From the NCBI GenBank assembly GCA_965215605.1, contig OZ244070.1, positions 2,432,001-2,496,000 of the forward strand: 64,000 nt of DNA, written 5' to 3'. The notes beneath the pieces were generated by a model. That model searched no databases. It worked only from the letters and a program-made list of their open reading frames with translations, and was not told the DNA's origin. The position numbers and the translations under genes are program-made. This stretch comes from an uncultured Candidatus Binatia bacterium. GTDB taxonomy: Bacteria; Desulfobacterota; Binatia; UBA9968; JAJDTQ01. Of this stretch, positions 17,524 through 27,687 are shown one piece after another (within the stretch, counting starts at the first letter, position 1; each line of letters starts with the position of its first letter).

Positions 17524-19419
17524 ATGCGCGACATGGCCGCAAGGCAGGAGATTGGAGAGCAGGAGCTCGATGAAGCCCACGATGCACCCCTCATGGAGAC
17601 CGACTTCGGCAAGCTGGCCGCCATGGCCATCTCCCGGAGGGGATTCCTGAGCGGCGGCGCGGCGTTCGCCGCATCCGCGTTCGTCATGAGCACCGGCGTG
17701 CTGAGGCCCCTCGCAGCGCTGGCCGGCGCCAGCCGCTTCGGCTTCGAGTCGGTGGCGGCCAACGGCCTCGACACCGTCACGGTTCCCAAGGGATACGGGT
17801 GGCATGTGGTAGCCAGATGGGGCGATCCCATGTGGTCCCGCGGCACGGAGTTCGATCAGAAGACCCGCGGCACCGGCGCCAGCCAGGAGCTGGCCTTCGG
17901 CGACAATAACGACGGCATGGCGCTGTTCAACCACCTCGGCCGAATCGTCCTGGCGGTCAACAACGAGTACGTGAACCGCGGCATCATCTTCGGCAGCGAA
18001 GGCAACAAGCCCCGGAACGCGGATGACGTGCGCAAGAGCAAGGCCGCTCACGGCGTGTCGGTGATGGAGCTGCGGCGCAAGGACGGCAAGTGGTCCATTG
18101 TCAAGGACTCGTCCTACAACCGCAAGATCACCGCGGACACGCCCATGGAGATCACCGGGCCGGCGCGCGGCCACGATCTGTTGAAGACGGCGGCCGATCC
18201 GGCGGGCACGCGCAGCCTCGGCACCTGGAACAACTGCGGCAACGGCCGCACCCCTTGGGGCACTTACCTCACCTGCGAGGAGAACTTCGACGACTATTTC
18301 TCCTCGGTCGACGCCAACGTGAAGGTCAGCCCCGAGTTCAAGCGCTATGGAGTCGACGCCAAGGACAAGTACGGATGGGCCATGACGGACGAGCGGTTCG
18401 ACATCGCGAAGCACCCCAACGAACCCAACCGCGCCGGCTACATCGTCGAGATCGACCCGCTGGACCCCGAGTCCACCCCGAAGAAACGCACCGCCCTCGG
18501 GCGCTTCAAGCACGAGAACGCCGAGGTGGTGCTGGCCGCCAACGGCCAGGTGGTGGTCTACCTGGGCGACGACGAGCGTGGCGAGTTCCTTTACAAATTC
18601 GTGAGTGTGGGACGCTACGTGGAAGGCGGCGATAATGCCGATCTGCTGGAGAAAGGCCGGCTCTACGTGGCGAAGTTCGCCGACGGCGGCCGGGGCGAGT
18701 GGCTGGAGTTGACCCCCGAGTCCACCGGGATGGCCTCGATGGCCGAGGTCTGCATCCATACGCGCATTGCCGCCTCGGCGGTGAAGGCTACCACCATGGA
18801 TCGCCCGGAATGGGTGGCCGCCAACCCCAGGAAGGCCGAAGTCTACTGCGCCCTCACCAACAACAAGAACCGCGGCAAGAGGGCCAACGCCGGCGGCGAC
18901 CCAACCCCCGTGGGAGGACCCAATCCCCGCGCCGGCAATCTCTACGGCCAGATCGTCCGCTGGCGGCCGGACGGCGGCAACCACCTGGCCAACGGTTTTG
19001 CCTGGGATCTCTACGTGGTGGCGGGAAACCCCTCGGTCCACAAGGACGCCAACGCAGGCTCCAGGAACGTCAATCCGGACAACATGTTCAACTCCCCCGA
19101 CGGCATCGCCTTCGACCGTAACGGCATGCTGTGGATCCAGACGGACGGCAACTACTCCAACGCCAAAGGCTTCGCCGGTCAGGGCAACAACCAGATGCTG
19201 GTGGGCGACCCCGCGACGGGCGAGATCCGCCGCTTCCTGGTGGGTCCCAAGCAGTGCGAGGTCACCGGCATCGCCTGGAGCGCCGACGGCAGGACCCTGT
19301 TCGTGGGCATTCAGCACCCGGGCGAGAAGGGCGACAGCCACTTCCCCGACGGCGGCGACACCGTCCCCCGCTCCGCGGTGATCGGGGTCACCCGCGACGA
19401 TGGCGGCCTCATCGGCTGA
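17524..19419 (+). CDS. phoX: PhoX-family alkaline phosphatase (DUF839), Tat-exported
   Basis: SRRGFL twin-arginine signal; NNDGM, NNEY, NCGNG.TPWGTYLTCEEN, ALGRFKHE, MDRPEW, PDGI, CEVTG, IQHPGE. Confidence 0.92.
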   Translation: MRDMAARQEIGEQELDEAHDAPLMETDFGKLAAMAISRRGFLSGGAAFAASAFVMSTGVLRPLAALAGASRFGFESVAANGLDTVTVPKGYGWHVVARWGDPMWSRGTEFDQKTRGTGASQELAFGDNNDGMALFNHLGRIVLAVNNEYVNRGIIFGSEGNKPRNADDVRKSKAAHGVSVMELRRKDGKWSIVKDSSYNRKITADTPMEITGPARGHDLLKTAADPAGTRSLGTWNNCGNGRTPWGTYLTCEENFDDYFSSVDANVKVSPEFKRYGVDAKDKYGWAMTDERFDIAKHPNEPNRAGYIVEIDPLDPESTPKKRTALGRFKHENAEVVLAANGQVVVYLGDDERGEFLYKFVSVGRYVEGGDNADLLEKGRLYVAKFADGGRGEWLELTPESTGMASMAEVCIHTRIAASAVKATTMDRPEWVAANPRKAEVYCALTNNKNRGKRANAGGDPTPVGGPNPRAGNLYGQIVRWRPDGGNHLANGFAWDLYVVAGNPSVHKDANAGSRNVNPDNMFNSPDGIAFDRNGMLWIQTDGNYSNAKGFAGQGNNQMLVGDPATGEIRRFLVGPKQCEVTGIAWSADGRTLFVGIQHPGEKGDSHFPDGGDTVPRSAVIGVTRDDGGLIG

Positions 19420-19445
19420 GCCGTTGCCTCCTTCCCCTCTTCCCC

Positions 19446-19479
19446 CGGGAGGGCGCTTCGGCGCCCTCCCGTTCTTCTT
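19446..19479 (+). terminator. Rho-independent terminator after phoX
   Basis: CGGGAGGGCGC-TTCG-GCGCCCTCCCG followed by TTCTTCTT. Confidence 0.7.
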
Positions 19480-19588
19480 CGTGGTTCCCCGCGGGTTGCA
19501 GACCGGACACCTGACGGTGTATAAGGGCGCGGTTTGCGGTGACTGCGCCCAAGGCCTTCCGCCATACGACGAGAATGCCGACGTCAGC

Positions 19589-20335
19589 ATGTTCACGCCC
19601 AATCAAGCAATCTCGCATCTTCTTGTCCTGGCATTCACGTTGACGCTGTGCCATTCCAACGGCGAGGCGTGCACGAACGCCGAAGGCGCGGAGACCGGAG
19701 CCGCCTGCGGCGAGGAAGACGGCGCCCGATTCCTTCGCGACCATGAAGCGCCGGGCCATGGCGACGGCGCGCACATGGTGCAAATCCAGCGGATGACGTG
19801 TGAAGACGGAGCCGTGGCCCGGTGGAACTCCCCGGATCGCGGGGTGGTGACCTACAAGATCAATGACTGGGCCGGCGTGGATATCGAGACGGCGCTGGCG
19901 GTGCGCCGGGGGGTGTCGCAGTGGGAGCGGGTGCTGCCGTTCTTTGCCATGCACGAGACCGGCGACGAGGACGCCGATATCACCATCGAGCTGTTCGATG
20001 ACGTGTTGCCCGGGATCGTCGGCGCCACCAAGTTGAAATGCCGCAACGGGCGGGAAGGCATCCGCAAGGCGTACGTCTACCTGGGGCTGAGAGGTGTGGG
20101 CGCCGTGGAGGCCCAGAACATGGCGGCCCACGAGATCGGACATGCCATGGGGTTGGGCCATTCGGACCGGAGCCATGACCTCATGGACGCCGGGTTGGCG
20201 GAGAAGGGAATAGACGAGCGCATGATATGCCCCAGCAACCTGAATCGGGCGGGACTGATCGCAGGGACCCACTCCTACGCCATTCCCGAGGAGGAGTGGA
20301 CCGAGGTGGACTGCTGGGGACGGATTCGCGGATGA
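19589..20335 (+). CDS. Matrixin/M10-like zinc metalloprotease, probably exported
   Basis: HEIGHAMGLGH zincin motif followed by DLM Met-turn; hydrophobic N-terminus. Start is uncertain. Confidence 0.78.
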   Translation: MFTPNQAISHLLVLAFTLTLCHSNGEACTNAEGAETGAACGEEDGARFLRDHEAPGHGDGAHMVQIQRMTCEDGAVARWNSPDRGVVTYKINDWAGVDIETALAVRRGVSQWERVLPFFAMHETGDEDADITIELFDDVLPGIVGATKLKCRNGREGIRKAYVYLGLRGVGAVEAQNMAAHEIGHAMGLGHSDRSHDLMDAGLAEKGIDERMICPSNLNRAGLIAGTHSYAIPEEEWTEVDCWGRIRG

Positions 20336-21132
20336 GGGCCGCCGACTGGACCATTCCGTCCGCCTTGACCGATTTCGCTGACATCCAGAAGGCCCTCGAA
20401 GGCCGCCAGGCCGCCGTGTTCCTCGACTACGACGGGACGCTGACGCCCATCGTGGACACCCCCGCGCAGGCCGTGCTTTCCGAGGAGATGCGCGCCACGG
20501 TGCGGCGTCTGGGCGACCGCTGCGTCACCGCGGTGATCAGCGGACGCGGCCGGGCGGACGTGCAGGAGCGGGTGCGGCTCGACAATCTCTTCTACGCGGG
20601 GACCCACGGTTTCGACATCGTCGGGCCCGCGGGTTCCGGCATCCGGCACCAGGTGGGGCGGGAGTTCCTGCCGGTCATGGAGGAGTTGGACAAACGCCTC
20701 AACGGCGCCCTCATGCACGTCCCCGGCCTGCTGGTGGAGACCAAGGGCCACTCCATAGCCGTTCACTACCGGCTCGTGGACGAGGCGGCGGTGCCGGCTG
20801 TCGAGGCCGTGGTCGACGGCCTGCTGCAAGACGACGTCAGGCTGCGCAAGACCCATGGGAAGAAGGTGTTCGAGATCAGGCCCCGTTTCGACTGGCACAA
20901 GGGCAAGGCAGTGGAATGGATCCTCCAGGCCCAGGGCGGCGACTCTGTGCCGCTTTACCTGGGCGATGACACCACCGACGAGGACGGCTTCGAGGCCGTG
21001 GCCGGCGCGGGTGTAGGGATCCTCGTGGCGGACCAGCCGAGGACCACGGCGGCGAGCTACCGGTTGAACGACGAGGCCGAGGTAGGACGGTTCCTTCAAC
21101 GGCTTGCAGGGACCATCCGAGAGCGCGCCTGA
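20332..21132 (+). CDS. otsB: Trehalose-6-phosphate phosphatase (HAD)
   Basis: FLDYDGTL, ISGR, GTHG, VHYR, GKKVFEIRP, KGKAV, GDDTTDEDGF; ATGA overlap with the protease. Confidence 0.9.
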   Translation: MRAADWTIPSALTDFADIQKALEGRQAAVFLDYDGTLTPIVDTPAQAVLSEEMRATVRRLGDRCVTAVISGRGRADVQERVRLDNLFYAGTHGFDIVGPAGSGIRHQVGREFLPVMEELDKRLNGALMHVPGLLVETKGHSIAVHYRLVDEAAVPAVEAVVDGLLQDDVRLRKTHGKKVFEIRPRFDWHKGKAVEWILQAQGGDSVPLYLGDDTTDEDGFEAVAGAGVGILVADQPRTTAASYRLNDEAEVGRFLQRLAGTIRERA

Positions 21133-21207
21133 CATGAATCCGGTCAACCCGCCGATACGGACGCGCGACACCCCGCGTCCCCGCGGTTGCGCGCGTTTCC
21201 AGGACTG

Positions 21208-22419
21208 ATGCAGGACCCGCGCGAACAGTTGTGGAGCCGGCTCCGGGCCGCGGGAATCCCCGGCGTTCCGGACGAGTTCTCGGTGACTTTCGCCCACCAG
21301 GCAATTCCGCCCGCGGTGCTGGACGAGATCGACGCTTTCATCGGCGTCTTCGAGGATGTCACCACCCGGCCGGTGTGGCAGGAGGCCGTGGTCGGTTCGT
21401 CCGGCCAGAGCGTGCCGTCGAGCCGGTCGGAGGTGTGCTTCTTCAGCGCATGGGACTTCCATCTGCCCCCCGAAGGTCCGTGGCAGGTCATCGAGTTCAA
21501 CGACAACGGCTCCGGACTTCTGTACGCCGGCTTCATCAACGAGTCCTTCCACGCGCTCCTGGACCCGGACCGGCGGGCCGCCCTTGAAGCCCCGCCGACG
21601 GCCGCCGACCTCGCGGGACGCATCGGGCAGATGGTCCGCCGGGAGGCCGAAGCGTTCTTCGACGCTGTCCCCGAGGGCCTTTTCCTCATCCTCGACGAAC
21701 CCGAAGCGCTGGAGCGGGGCAAGTTCGGCGGAGAGATGGAGCTGTTGCGGGAGTTGTTCCGTGGCGAGGGGTGGAGGTCGGAAGTGGGATCGACGGCGGA
21801 CCTCCGCTGGGACGGGGGGCGGCTCCGGCACCATGGAGAGCCGGTTTCGTTCATCGTGAACCGCTCCACCGACTTTTTCCTGGAAAAGGAGACCACGCGC
21901 CCGTTGCGGGACGCCTTCCTGCACGGCAGCGTCTACGTGGCGCCCAACCCGTTCACCTACGCGACCCGCAGCGACAAGCGGCTGCTGGAATTTCTTTCGC
22001 TTTCTTCATGGGACCGGGAGCTCGGCATCGAAGCCCGCGAGCGGGAGGTCCTGAGCCGGCACATTCCCGAGACCCGCCTGCTGCGGCCCGACAACCTCGA
22101 TTCCATCGTCGAGAACCGCGACCGGTTCGTGTTCAAGCCGATCCGCAGCCACGCCAGCAGGGGCTTTCTGCCGAGCGCCCGAGTCGGGCGCTCGCGCCTG
22201 CAGCGGCTGGTGCGCAAGGGCGAAGGCTACGTCGCCCAGAGGAAGGTGGGGCGGCCGCGGATCCGGCTCGACGACGACTCGTCCGTGTGGGCGGACCTGC
22301 GGGTGTGGGCGTACCGGGGCGAGCGGGTGCTTCTGTCCGGCCGCACCTCCATCGACGAAAATTCCCTGGACCTGAGGCCGCCGGCCGGGTGGCTTCCCAC
22401 CTTCGCGGCCAGGAGTTGA
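21208..22419 (+). CDS. ATP-grasp-like (circularly permuted/glutathionylspermidine synthase-like) amidoligase
   Basis: WDFHL...VIEFNDN, VNRSTDF, SDKRLL, IPETR, FVFKP...HASRG, YVAQ, DLRVW. Start could be 21187 or 21208. Confidence 0.65.
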   Translation: MQDPREQLWSRLRAAGIPGVPDEFSVTFAHQAIPPAVLDEIDAFIGVFEDVTTRPVWQEAVVGSSGQSVPSSRSEVCFFSAWDFHLPPEGPWQVIEFNDNGSGLLYAGFINESFHALLDPDRRAALEAPPTAADLAGRIGQMVRREAEAFFDAVPEGLFLILDEPEALERGKFGGEMELLRELFRGEGWRSEVGSTADLRWDGGRLRHHGEPVSFIVNRSTDFFLEKETTRPLRDAFLHGSVYVAPNPFTYATRSDKRLLEFLSLSSWDRELGIEAREREVLSRHIPETRLLRPDNLDSIVENRDRFVFKPIRSHASRGFLPSARVGRSRLQRLVRKGEGYVAQRKVGRPRIRLDDDSSVWADLRVWAYRGERVLLSGRTSIDENSLDLRPPAGWLPTFAARS

Positions 22420-22472
22420 CCGCCCCCGCGCCGTATTCTAGGGTCGTTTATTCTCTAACGGAGGAAAAGAAA

Positions 22473-24185
22473 ATGATCGAAGTCAATGGACTCACGGGCG
22501 GCGAGGCCTTCTTGCGCGTCTTGTCGGGTATGGGCGTGGAGCGCATTTTCGCGTCGCCGGGGTCGGAGTGGTCGCCGGTGTGGGAGGCTTTGGCCAAGCC
22601 GGACGAGAGCATGCCGGTCTACCTGAGCTCGCGGCACGAAGAGGTGGCCCTGGCCATGGCCAGCGGCTATGCCAAGTCCACCGGCAAGCTGCCGGCGGTC
22701 ATGATCCACACCACCGTGGGTGCGCTTCACGGCTCCATGGCCCTGCGCGGGGCGCTCCACGAGCAGGTGCCCATGGTGGTCTTCACCGGCGAATCCATCG
22801 CCTTTGGCGAGGATGACGGGCCCGATCCCGGCGGCCAGTGGATGCGCTTCCTCTCGGACGTGGGCGGCCCGGCCCGGCTCGTGGACCACTGCGTCAAATG
22901 GAGTTTCGGGGTCAACGACAAGAATATCCTGGTCTCCACCATCCAGCGCGCCTGCCAGATGGCCATGAGCTCGCCCCAAGGGCCGGTGTTCGTGTCGCTG
23001 CCCATGGAGTATCTGTTCGACAAGGTCACGCGGGAGGCGCCTCTGAAGGTGTCCATGCCTTCCCGGCCGAGCCCGGATCCCGAGAGAATCGACGAGTTGG
23101 CGGGCCTGCTCCGGACAGCGAGAAACCCGGTCCTGTTGAGTGAGAACGCCGGCAGGAACACCGACATCGTGGACCGCATGGTGGAGCTGGCGGAGTTGCT
23201 CAACGCGCCGGTGGTGGAAACCCGGAGCAGCGGCTACTTCAACTTCCCGCGGGACCATGAGTTGCACGGCGGCTTCGAGCCCGGGGAATACATGGCCGAT
23301 GCCGACGTAGTCTGCCTCATCGGCGCGACCCAGCCGTGGCATCCGGCCTCGGCGAACGTGGCGCAGGGCGCCAAGGTGGTGGCGCTGGATGAGGATCCGC
23401 TTCACATGCGCCTGCCTTATTGGGGTGTTCAGGTGGACCTGAGCATCGCCGGGGAGCTGGAAGCATCCTTGGGCGCCTTGGTGGAGCGACTCCGCCAGGA
23501 CGGCGTGGCGGACGGCGGCGCGGGCGCGGAACGGCGGGCGAAGCTGCGGGAGGCGGGCGCGGCGCGCCGGGCCGGGTGGGCCGAACAGGCCCGGAGGCTG
23601 GGTTCCAGGGAGCCCATGGATACCAACTGGGTCATCTACCAACTGAACCAGGTAATTCCCGACGATGCCTTCCTGGTGGAGGAGACCATCACCCACCGTC
23701 TGGCGGTGCATCAGTACCTGGATCGGATCAAACCCGGCAACTTCTTCAGCGGCTGCATCGGCGGCCTGGGCACCGGCCTGGGCACCGCCCTCGGCGTCAA
23801 GGCCGCCCATCCGGACAAACCGGTGGTGCTGGTCATGGGCGACGGCACGTTCAACTACAACCCCGGCATCGCGGGTTTCGGGTTCGCCCAGGAGTACCGC
23901 ATGCCGATCCTCATCGTGCTCATGAACAACCACGGCTACAAGTCCATGAAGCGCGGCATCCCGGAGTACTATCCCGATGGCTGGGCGGTGGGCACCAACC
24001 AGTTCGTGGGCACGTCCATCGCGCCCGCGCCGGACTACGCCGCCATCGTCCGGGCCTTCGACGGCTTCGGCGAGCGGGTGCAGAGTCCGGACATGGTCAA
24101 ACCGGCCCTCGAACGAGGCCTCCAGGCCGCCAAGGAAGGGCGGCTGGCGCTGGTGGACCTGTGGCTGGAGCCGGTGAACGATTAG
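22473..24185 (+). CDS. Thiamine-diphosphate-dependent enzyme (acetolactate synthase/benzoylformate decarboxylase superfamily)
   Basis: PGSE, RHEEVA, GPVFVSLP, GDG...NN ThDP motif; GGAGG RBS. Confidence 0.88.
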   Translation: MIEVNGLTGGEAFLRVLSGMGVERIFASPGSEWSPVWEALAKPDESMPVYLSSRHEEVALAMASGYAKSTGKLPAVMIHTTVGALHGSMALRGALHEQVPMVVFTGESIAFGEDDGPDPGGQWMRFLSDVGGPARLVDHCVKWSFGVNDKNILVSTIQRACQMAMSSPQGPVFVSLPMEYLFDKVTREAPLKVSMPSRPSPDPERIDELAGLLRTARNPVLLSENAGRNTDIVDRMVELAELLNAPVVETRSSGYFNFPRDHELHGGFEPGEYMADADVVCLIGATQPWHPASANVAQGAKVVALDEDPLHMRLPYWGVQVDLSIAGELEASLGALVERLRQDGVADGGAGAERRAKLREAGAARRAGWAEQARRLGSREPMDTNWVIYQLNQVIPDDAFLVEETITHRLAVHQYLDRIKPGNFFSGCIGGLGTGLGTALGVKAAHPDKPVVLVMGDGTFNYNPGIAGFGFAQEYRMPILIVLMNNHGYKSMKRGIPEYYPDGWAVGTNQFVGTSIAPAPDYAAIVRAFDGFGERVQSPDMVKPALERGLQAAKEGRLALVDLWLEPVND

Positions 24186-24223
24186 GCGGCGCTTGGGAAG
24201 CAGGACCACAAGGAGCATTTCGC

Positions 24224-25129
24224 GTGAAGATTCTTCGTTTTAACGATGATCGCATCGGCGTCCTCAAGAACGGCGCCAACGTGGTGGACGTGAGCGGTAT
24301 CATCCAGTACCGGGTCGAGAAGGGACCCCAGCGGGTGATGGAGGAGGTGATCGCCAACTTCGACGACTACCGGAAGGAGTTCGACCGGCTGTGCCGGGAA
24401 GGGTCGGGCCTCCCGCTGAGCGGGGTCGAGCTGCTGGCGCCCATCCCGCGGCCGAGCAAGTGTCTGGCCGCTTTTGTCAACTACCTCGATTCCCCGGAGC
24501 GCACACCCGATTCCCTGCCCATCGAGTTCTTCTACAAGGCGCCCGAGCTCCTGGGGCCGGAGGGCGTGGTGGAGCTGCCCGACATCCCTGCGGTGGTGGT
24601 GACGCAACCCGAGGCCGAGCTGGCCTTCGTCATGGGCCCGTGCGGCCGGAACCTCTCCGAGTCCGATGCCATGGCCGCCGTGTTCGGCTATGTGCCGTTC
24701 TTCGATATCTCGAACCGGGGCATGGTGCGCCGGACCCAGTTCCTCCCCAAGGGGCAGAGCAGCCACAGCCCTTGCGGCCCCTGGATCACCACCGCCGACG
24801 AGGTGCCGGACCCCCACGACCTCACGGTCAAGTCATGGGTCGGCGGCGAGGCCCGGCAGGACTACAACACCCGCCACATGGCCCACAAGGTCCCCGAACT
24901 GGTGGCTTGGCTCTCACGCTTCGTGCAACTCCAGCCCGGCGACGTCATCGCTACCGGCACCTACCACGTGGGCCTCGGCCCCATGAACAATGGCGACACC
25001 CTGGAGATCGACATCGAGAAGCTCGGCAAGGCCCGCTTCACGGTCAGGGCCGAAGGCCCGCGCAAGGACACCGAGTGGATGCCGGGCAAGTCGCAGCCGC
25101 CGGGCGGGGGCGGGGTGTCGAGGGTCTGA
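24224..25129 (+). CDS. Fumarylacetoacetate hydrolase-family protein
   Basis: LLAPIPRP, NY, FFYK, PEAEL, GPWITTADE, LQPGDVIATGT; AAGGAG RBS before GTG. Confidence 0.88.
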   Translation: MKILRFNDDRIGVLKNGANVVDVSGIIQYRVEKGPQRVMEEVIANFDDYRKEFDRLCREGSGLPLSGVELLAPIPRPSKCLAAFVNYLDSPERTPDSLPIEFFYKAPELLGPEGVVELPDIPAVVVTQPEAELAFVMGPCGRNLSESDAMAAVFGYVPFFDISNRGMVRRTQFLPKGQSSHSPCGPWITTADEVPDPHDLTVKSWVGGEARQDYNTRHMAHKVPELVAWLSRFVQLQPGDVIATGTYHVGLGPMNNGDTLEIDIEKLGKARFTVRAEGPRKDTEWMPGKSQPPGGGGVSRV

Positions 25130-25212
25130 CCGGGAGTCTTGTCTGTCATGGACGCCAGTTGACGTGATCTCATCGATTTTGACCTTGAAAGCCAGCCCTG
25201 AAAGGATGGGTT

Positions 25213-26448
25213 TCACGTCACTGCTCTTAGGTCCTCGTGATCGAAGGCGCTGGCCATGCGAGCGATCTTGTCCGAGGTAATCCCGAAGCGGGCCGCGGCA
25301 TCGCGCCAGCCCGCGACTGCCGTTCCGACCTCCGTCGCTATGGTGCGGGCATCCACTTCGGTCATGCCGAACATCGGCGTAATCTGGAAGGCCGTGTCGA
25401 GCGACGCTGTTCCATCAATTTCGTCGATGGCAAGGGCATGGATCCGGGGCTTCACGTCGGTGGGCATGGGGTTGAGATCGTAGGCTGGCGCGAGCCGCCA
25501 GCCATTTGAATCACGAAGGAAGCCGTGATTGCGGAGATGGTCGTCGGTGTTGGACACCAGCATATTGAACACGATCCGCCGCCAAAGTTGGCGCAGGTCT
25601 TCGTTCACCCGCGATCCCTCGCGTCGAAGGAATTCGGCAATCTCGAGATAGCTGCGTGGTTCGTTGTCGGCAGCTTCGAGAGCGGTGAGCGCCGACATGT
25701 ACGGGATGCGATGACCCTCCCGTCGGTCGAAACGCCGAGCCATGAGGACAGGTCTCTTCAATACGAGCTCTAGCCGCCATGGCGAAACCTCCACCCCGGC
25801 GGCCTCGGCGAGCGCCGTGGTCGCCGCCTCCCATCGTGTTATCGGCCACTCATCGTCCTTGCGCGGGAACTTGGCGATCAGCAGGTGACCGTCCTGGTCG
25901 CGCACCGACGCCTTCGGGCGGGCGCCGCCGAGCGACGTGCCAGGGGCCAGGATCAGTTGCAGGTCTTCATCGGTCTCCTTGTCGTCGATGACGCGGTTGG
26001 TTGCCGACAGCAGACGGGGGAGGTCGACGACGGGTGGAACGCGCTTGCCGGTCGAAGTGAGGAAGGTGCAACCGCCCGCGTCCTTGAAGCGAAGCGCGCC
26101 GAGTCGTGTTTCGTCGTCGACGAGTATCAGGAAGTCTACGGCGAGCAGCGTTCTCGGTTGACGGCGTTCCGCGCGGGCGCGTCGGCGTTCGTTGCGGCGC
26201 ATGAGGGTTTGTCCCCATCGATCCGGTGCCGGATCGGTGAAGGCATTGAACAACGGGCGATCGGTGTGGAATTGCCCTCGTGCGAGAGGGAGGAGGGGAT
26301 CGAGGCCGAAGGCATCGCGACGCGCCAGCCAGGATGGATCATACTCGAAGGACGCCGTTTCCGTAGCCCCACGCGTGCGTGCCCAGAGCCGCCCCACGGG
26401 AAGGCTCTCTCCAGCCAGTTCCATGAGGACGAAGATCTCACGTTCCAT
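25213..26448 (-). CDS. hipA: HipA-family kinase toxin
   Basis: DPAPDRWG, GALRF, SLGGARPK, IAKFP, RRFDR, NTDDHLRNHG, LAPAYD. Confidence 0.92.
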   Translation of the reverse strand: MEREIFVLMELAGESLPVGRLWARTRGATETASFEYDPSWLARRDAFGLDPLLPLARGQFHTDRPLFNAFTDPAPDRWGQTLMRRNERRRARAERRQPRTLLAVDFLILVDDETRLGALRFKDAGGCTFLTSTGKRVPPVVDLPRLLSATNRVIDDKETDEDLQLILAPGTSLGGARPKASVRDQDGHLLIAKFPRKDDEWPITRWEAATTALAEAAGVEVSPWRLELVLKRPVLMARRFDRREGHRIPYMSALTALEAADNEPRSYLEIAEFLRREGSRVNEDLRQLWRRIVFNMLVSNTDDHLRNHGFLRDSNGWRLAPAYDLNPMPTDVKPRIHALAIDEIDGTASLDTAFQITPMFGMTEVDARTIATEVGTAVAGWRDAAARFGITSDKIARMASAFDHEDLRAVT

Positions 26449-26788
26449 GACCGGGACCCGCCGACTTGGCCTGCGGCGTGCGGATGCGGCGGGGCAGGCG
26501 CTCTTCTTCGAGGCCTAGCCCGATCGGATCGCTCGCGGCGTCCGCCAAGCCTCCCAGTCGGTCCGCCATTCCGAGGACGAAAAGGACCGAGGCGTAGATG
26601 CCCATGGATACGCCGGCGTCACCCTTTTCGACCCGGCCTAGCGTATTGCGGCTTATGAAGGCGCGTTCGGCCATAAGCGCAACGGACACGCGTCGCCGCC
26701 GGCGGGCGGCAGAGATGTCCTGGCCGAGCTTTTTCAGTGCTCGCCGCACGCTCGTTGGCAGGGCTTGTTGGGAACGGGAGTATTTCAT
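26438..26788 (-). CDS. HipB-like XRE HTH antitoxin
   Basis: LGQDISAARRRR...MAERAFISRNTLGRVEKG; overlaps the hipA start. Confidence 0.85.
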   Translation of the reverse strand: MKYSRSQQALPTSVRRALKKLGQDISAARRRRRVSVALMAERAFISRNTLGRVEKGDAGVSMGIYASVLFVLGMADRLGGLADAASDPIGLGLEEERLPRRIRTPQAKSAGPGHGT

Positions 26789-26884
26789 GTCTCAAAATTA
26801 GGGCATTATCCACTTTAGTGCTCAATTTATAGGGCCAACGTCGCGTTGTAAAGACCGGCCTGGCGGGAGGTTCGACCGCGGCCG

Positions 26885-27676
26885 CTAGTCCCTTTTCAGA
26901 TCGGCTACTGCATCCTGCAACCGACGAATCTCTGATTGCAACTCGGCGAGCGTCGGTTCCGGGGCGGAGGTCTTGGACCTCGCCAACTCGGCCTCTTCAT
27001 GCCCATGCGTCTGCATGGCGTCGACGATGATGCCGATGAACAGGTTCAGCACGGCGAACGACGTGACCAGGATGAACGGCACGAAGAAGACCCAGGCATG
27101 GGGAAAGACTTCCATCACCGGCCGTACGATGCCCATGGACCAGCTTTCCAGGGTCATGATCTGGAACAGGGTATAGGCCGAGCTGCCGATGTTGCCGAAC
27201 CACTCAGGAAAGCGGTCGGCGAACAGGTTGGTGGCCATCACCGAGAACACGAAGTAGATCACCGACAGAAGCATCACCACCGAGCTCATGCCCGGCACCG
27301 CGTGGAGCAGCGCGCCGACCACGCGACGCATGGAGGGCACGGCGGAGATCAATCGAAACACCCGAAGGATCCGCAACGCGCGCATCACCGAGAGGAACTC
27401 GGTGGCGGGAATAAGCGCGATGGCGACAATCAGGGTGTCGAAGTGGTTCCAGCCGTCCCGGACGAAGTCGCGGCGTTGCCCTGCCATCTTGAGCAGGATC
27501 TCCACCACGAACACCCCGAGGATCACCCGGTCGGCCATCTTCAGGAAGCCCCCCGCCGCGTCCATGGCCGCCGGACTGGTCTCCAGCGCCAGCACGACGG
27601 CGTTCAGCACGATCAGGACCGTGATCCAGCGTTGCGTGGCGGGGTGCTCGACAAATGAACGGAGACGTGTGCCCAT
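26885..27676 (-). CDS. Bacterial voltage-gated sodium channel (BacNav family, 6TM)
   Basis: S4 RALRILRVFR, selectivity filter TLESWSMG, S6 VLNLFIGIIVDAM, short coiled-coil tail; likely start MGTRLRSF. Confidence 0.9.
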   Translation of the reverse strand: MGTRLRSFVEHPATQRWITVLIVLNAVVLALETSPAAMDAAGGFLKMADRVILGVFVVEILLKMAGQRRDFVRDGWNHFDTLIVAIALIPATEFLSVMRALRILRVFRLISAVPSMRRVVGALLHAVPGMSSVVMLLSVIYFVFSVMATNLFADRFPEWFGNIGSSAYTLFQIMTLESWSMGIVRPVMEVFPHAWVFFVPFILVTSFAVLNLFIGIIVDAMQTHGHEEAELARSKTSAPEPTLAELQSEIRRLQDAVADLKRD

Positions 27677-27687
27677 GGCGCGCTCGA

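Noticed and set aside
21130-21207. Read-through or selenocysteine fusion of otsB to the in-frame ATP-grasp gene
   Set aside because: OtsB ends at a normal length, TGA is the common stop here, the position is not catalytic, and an 18-codon open stretch is unremarkable at this GC.
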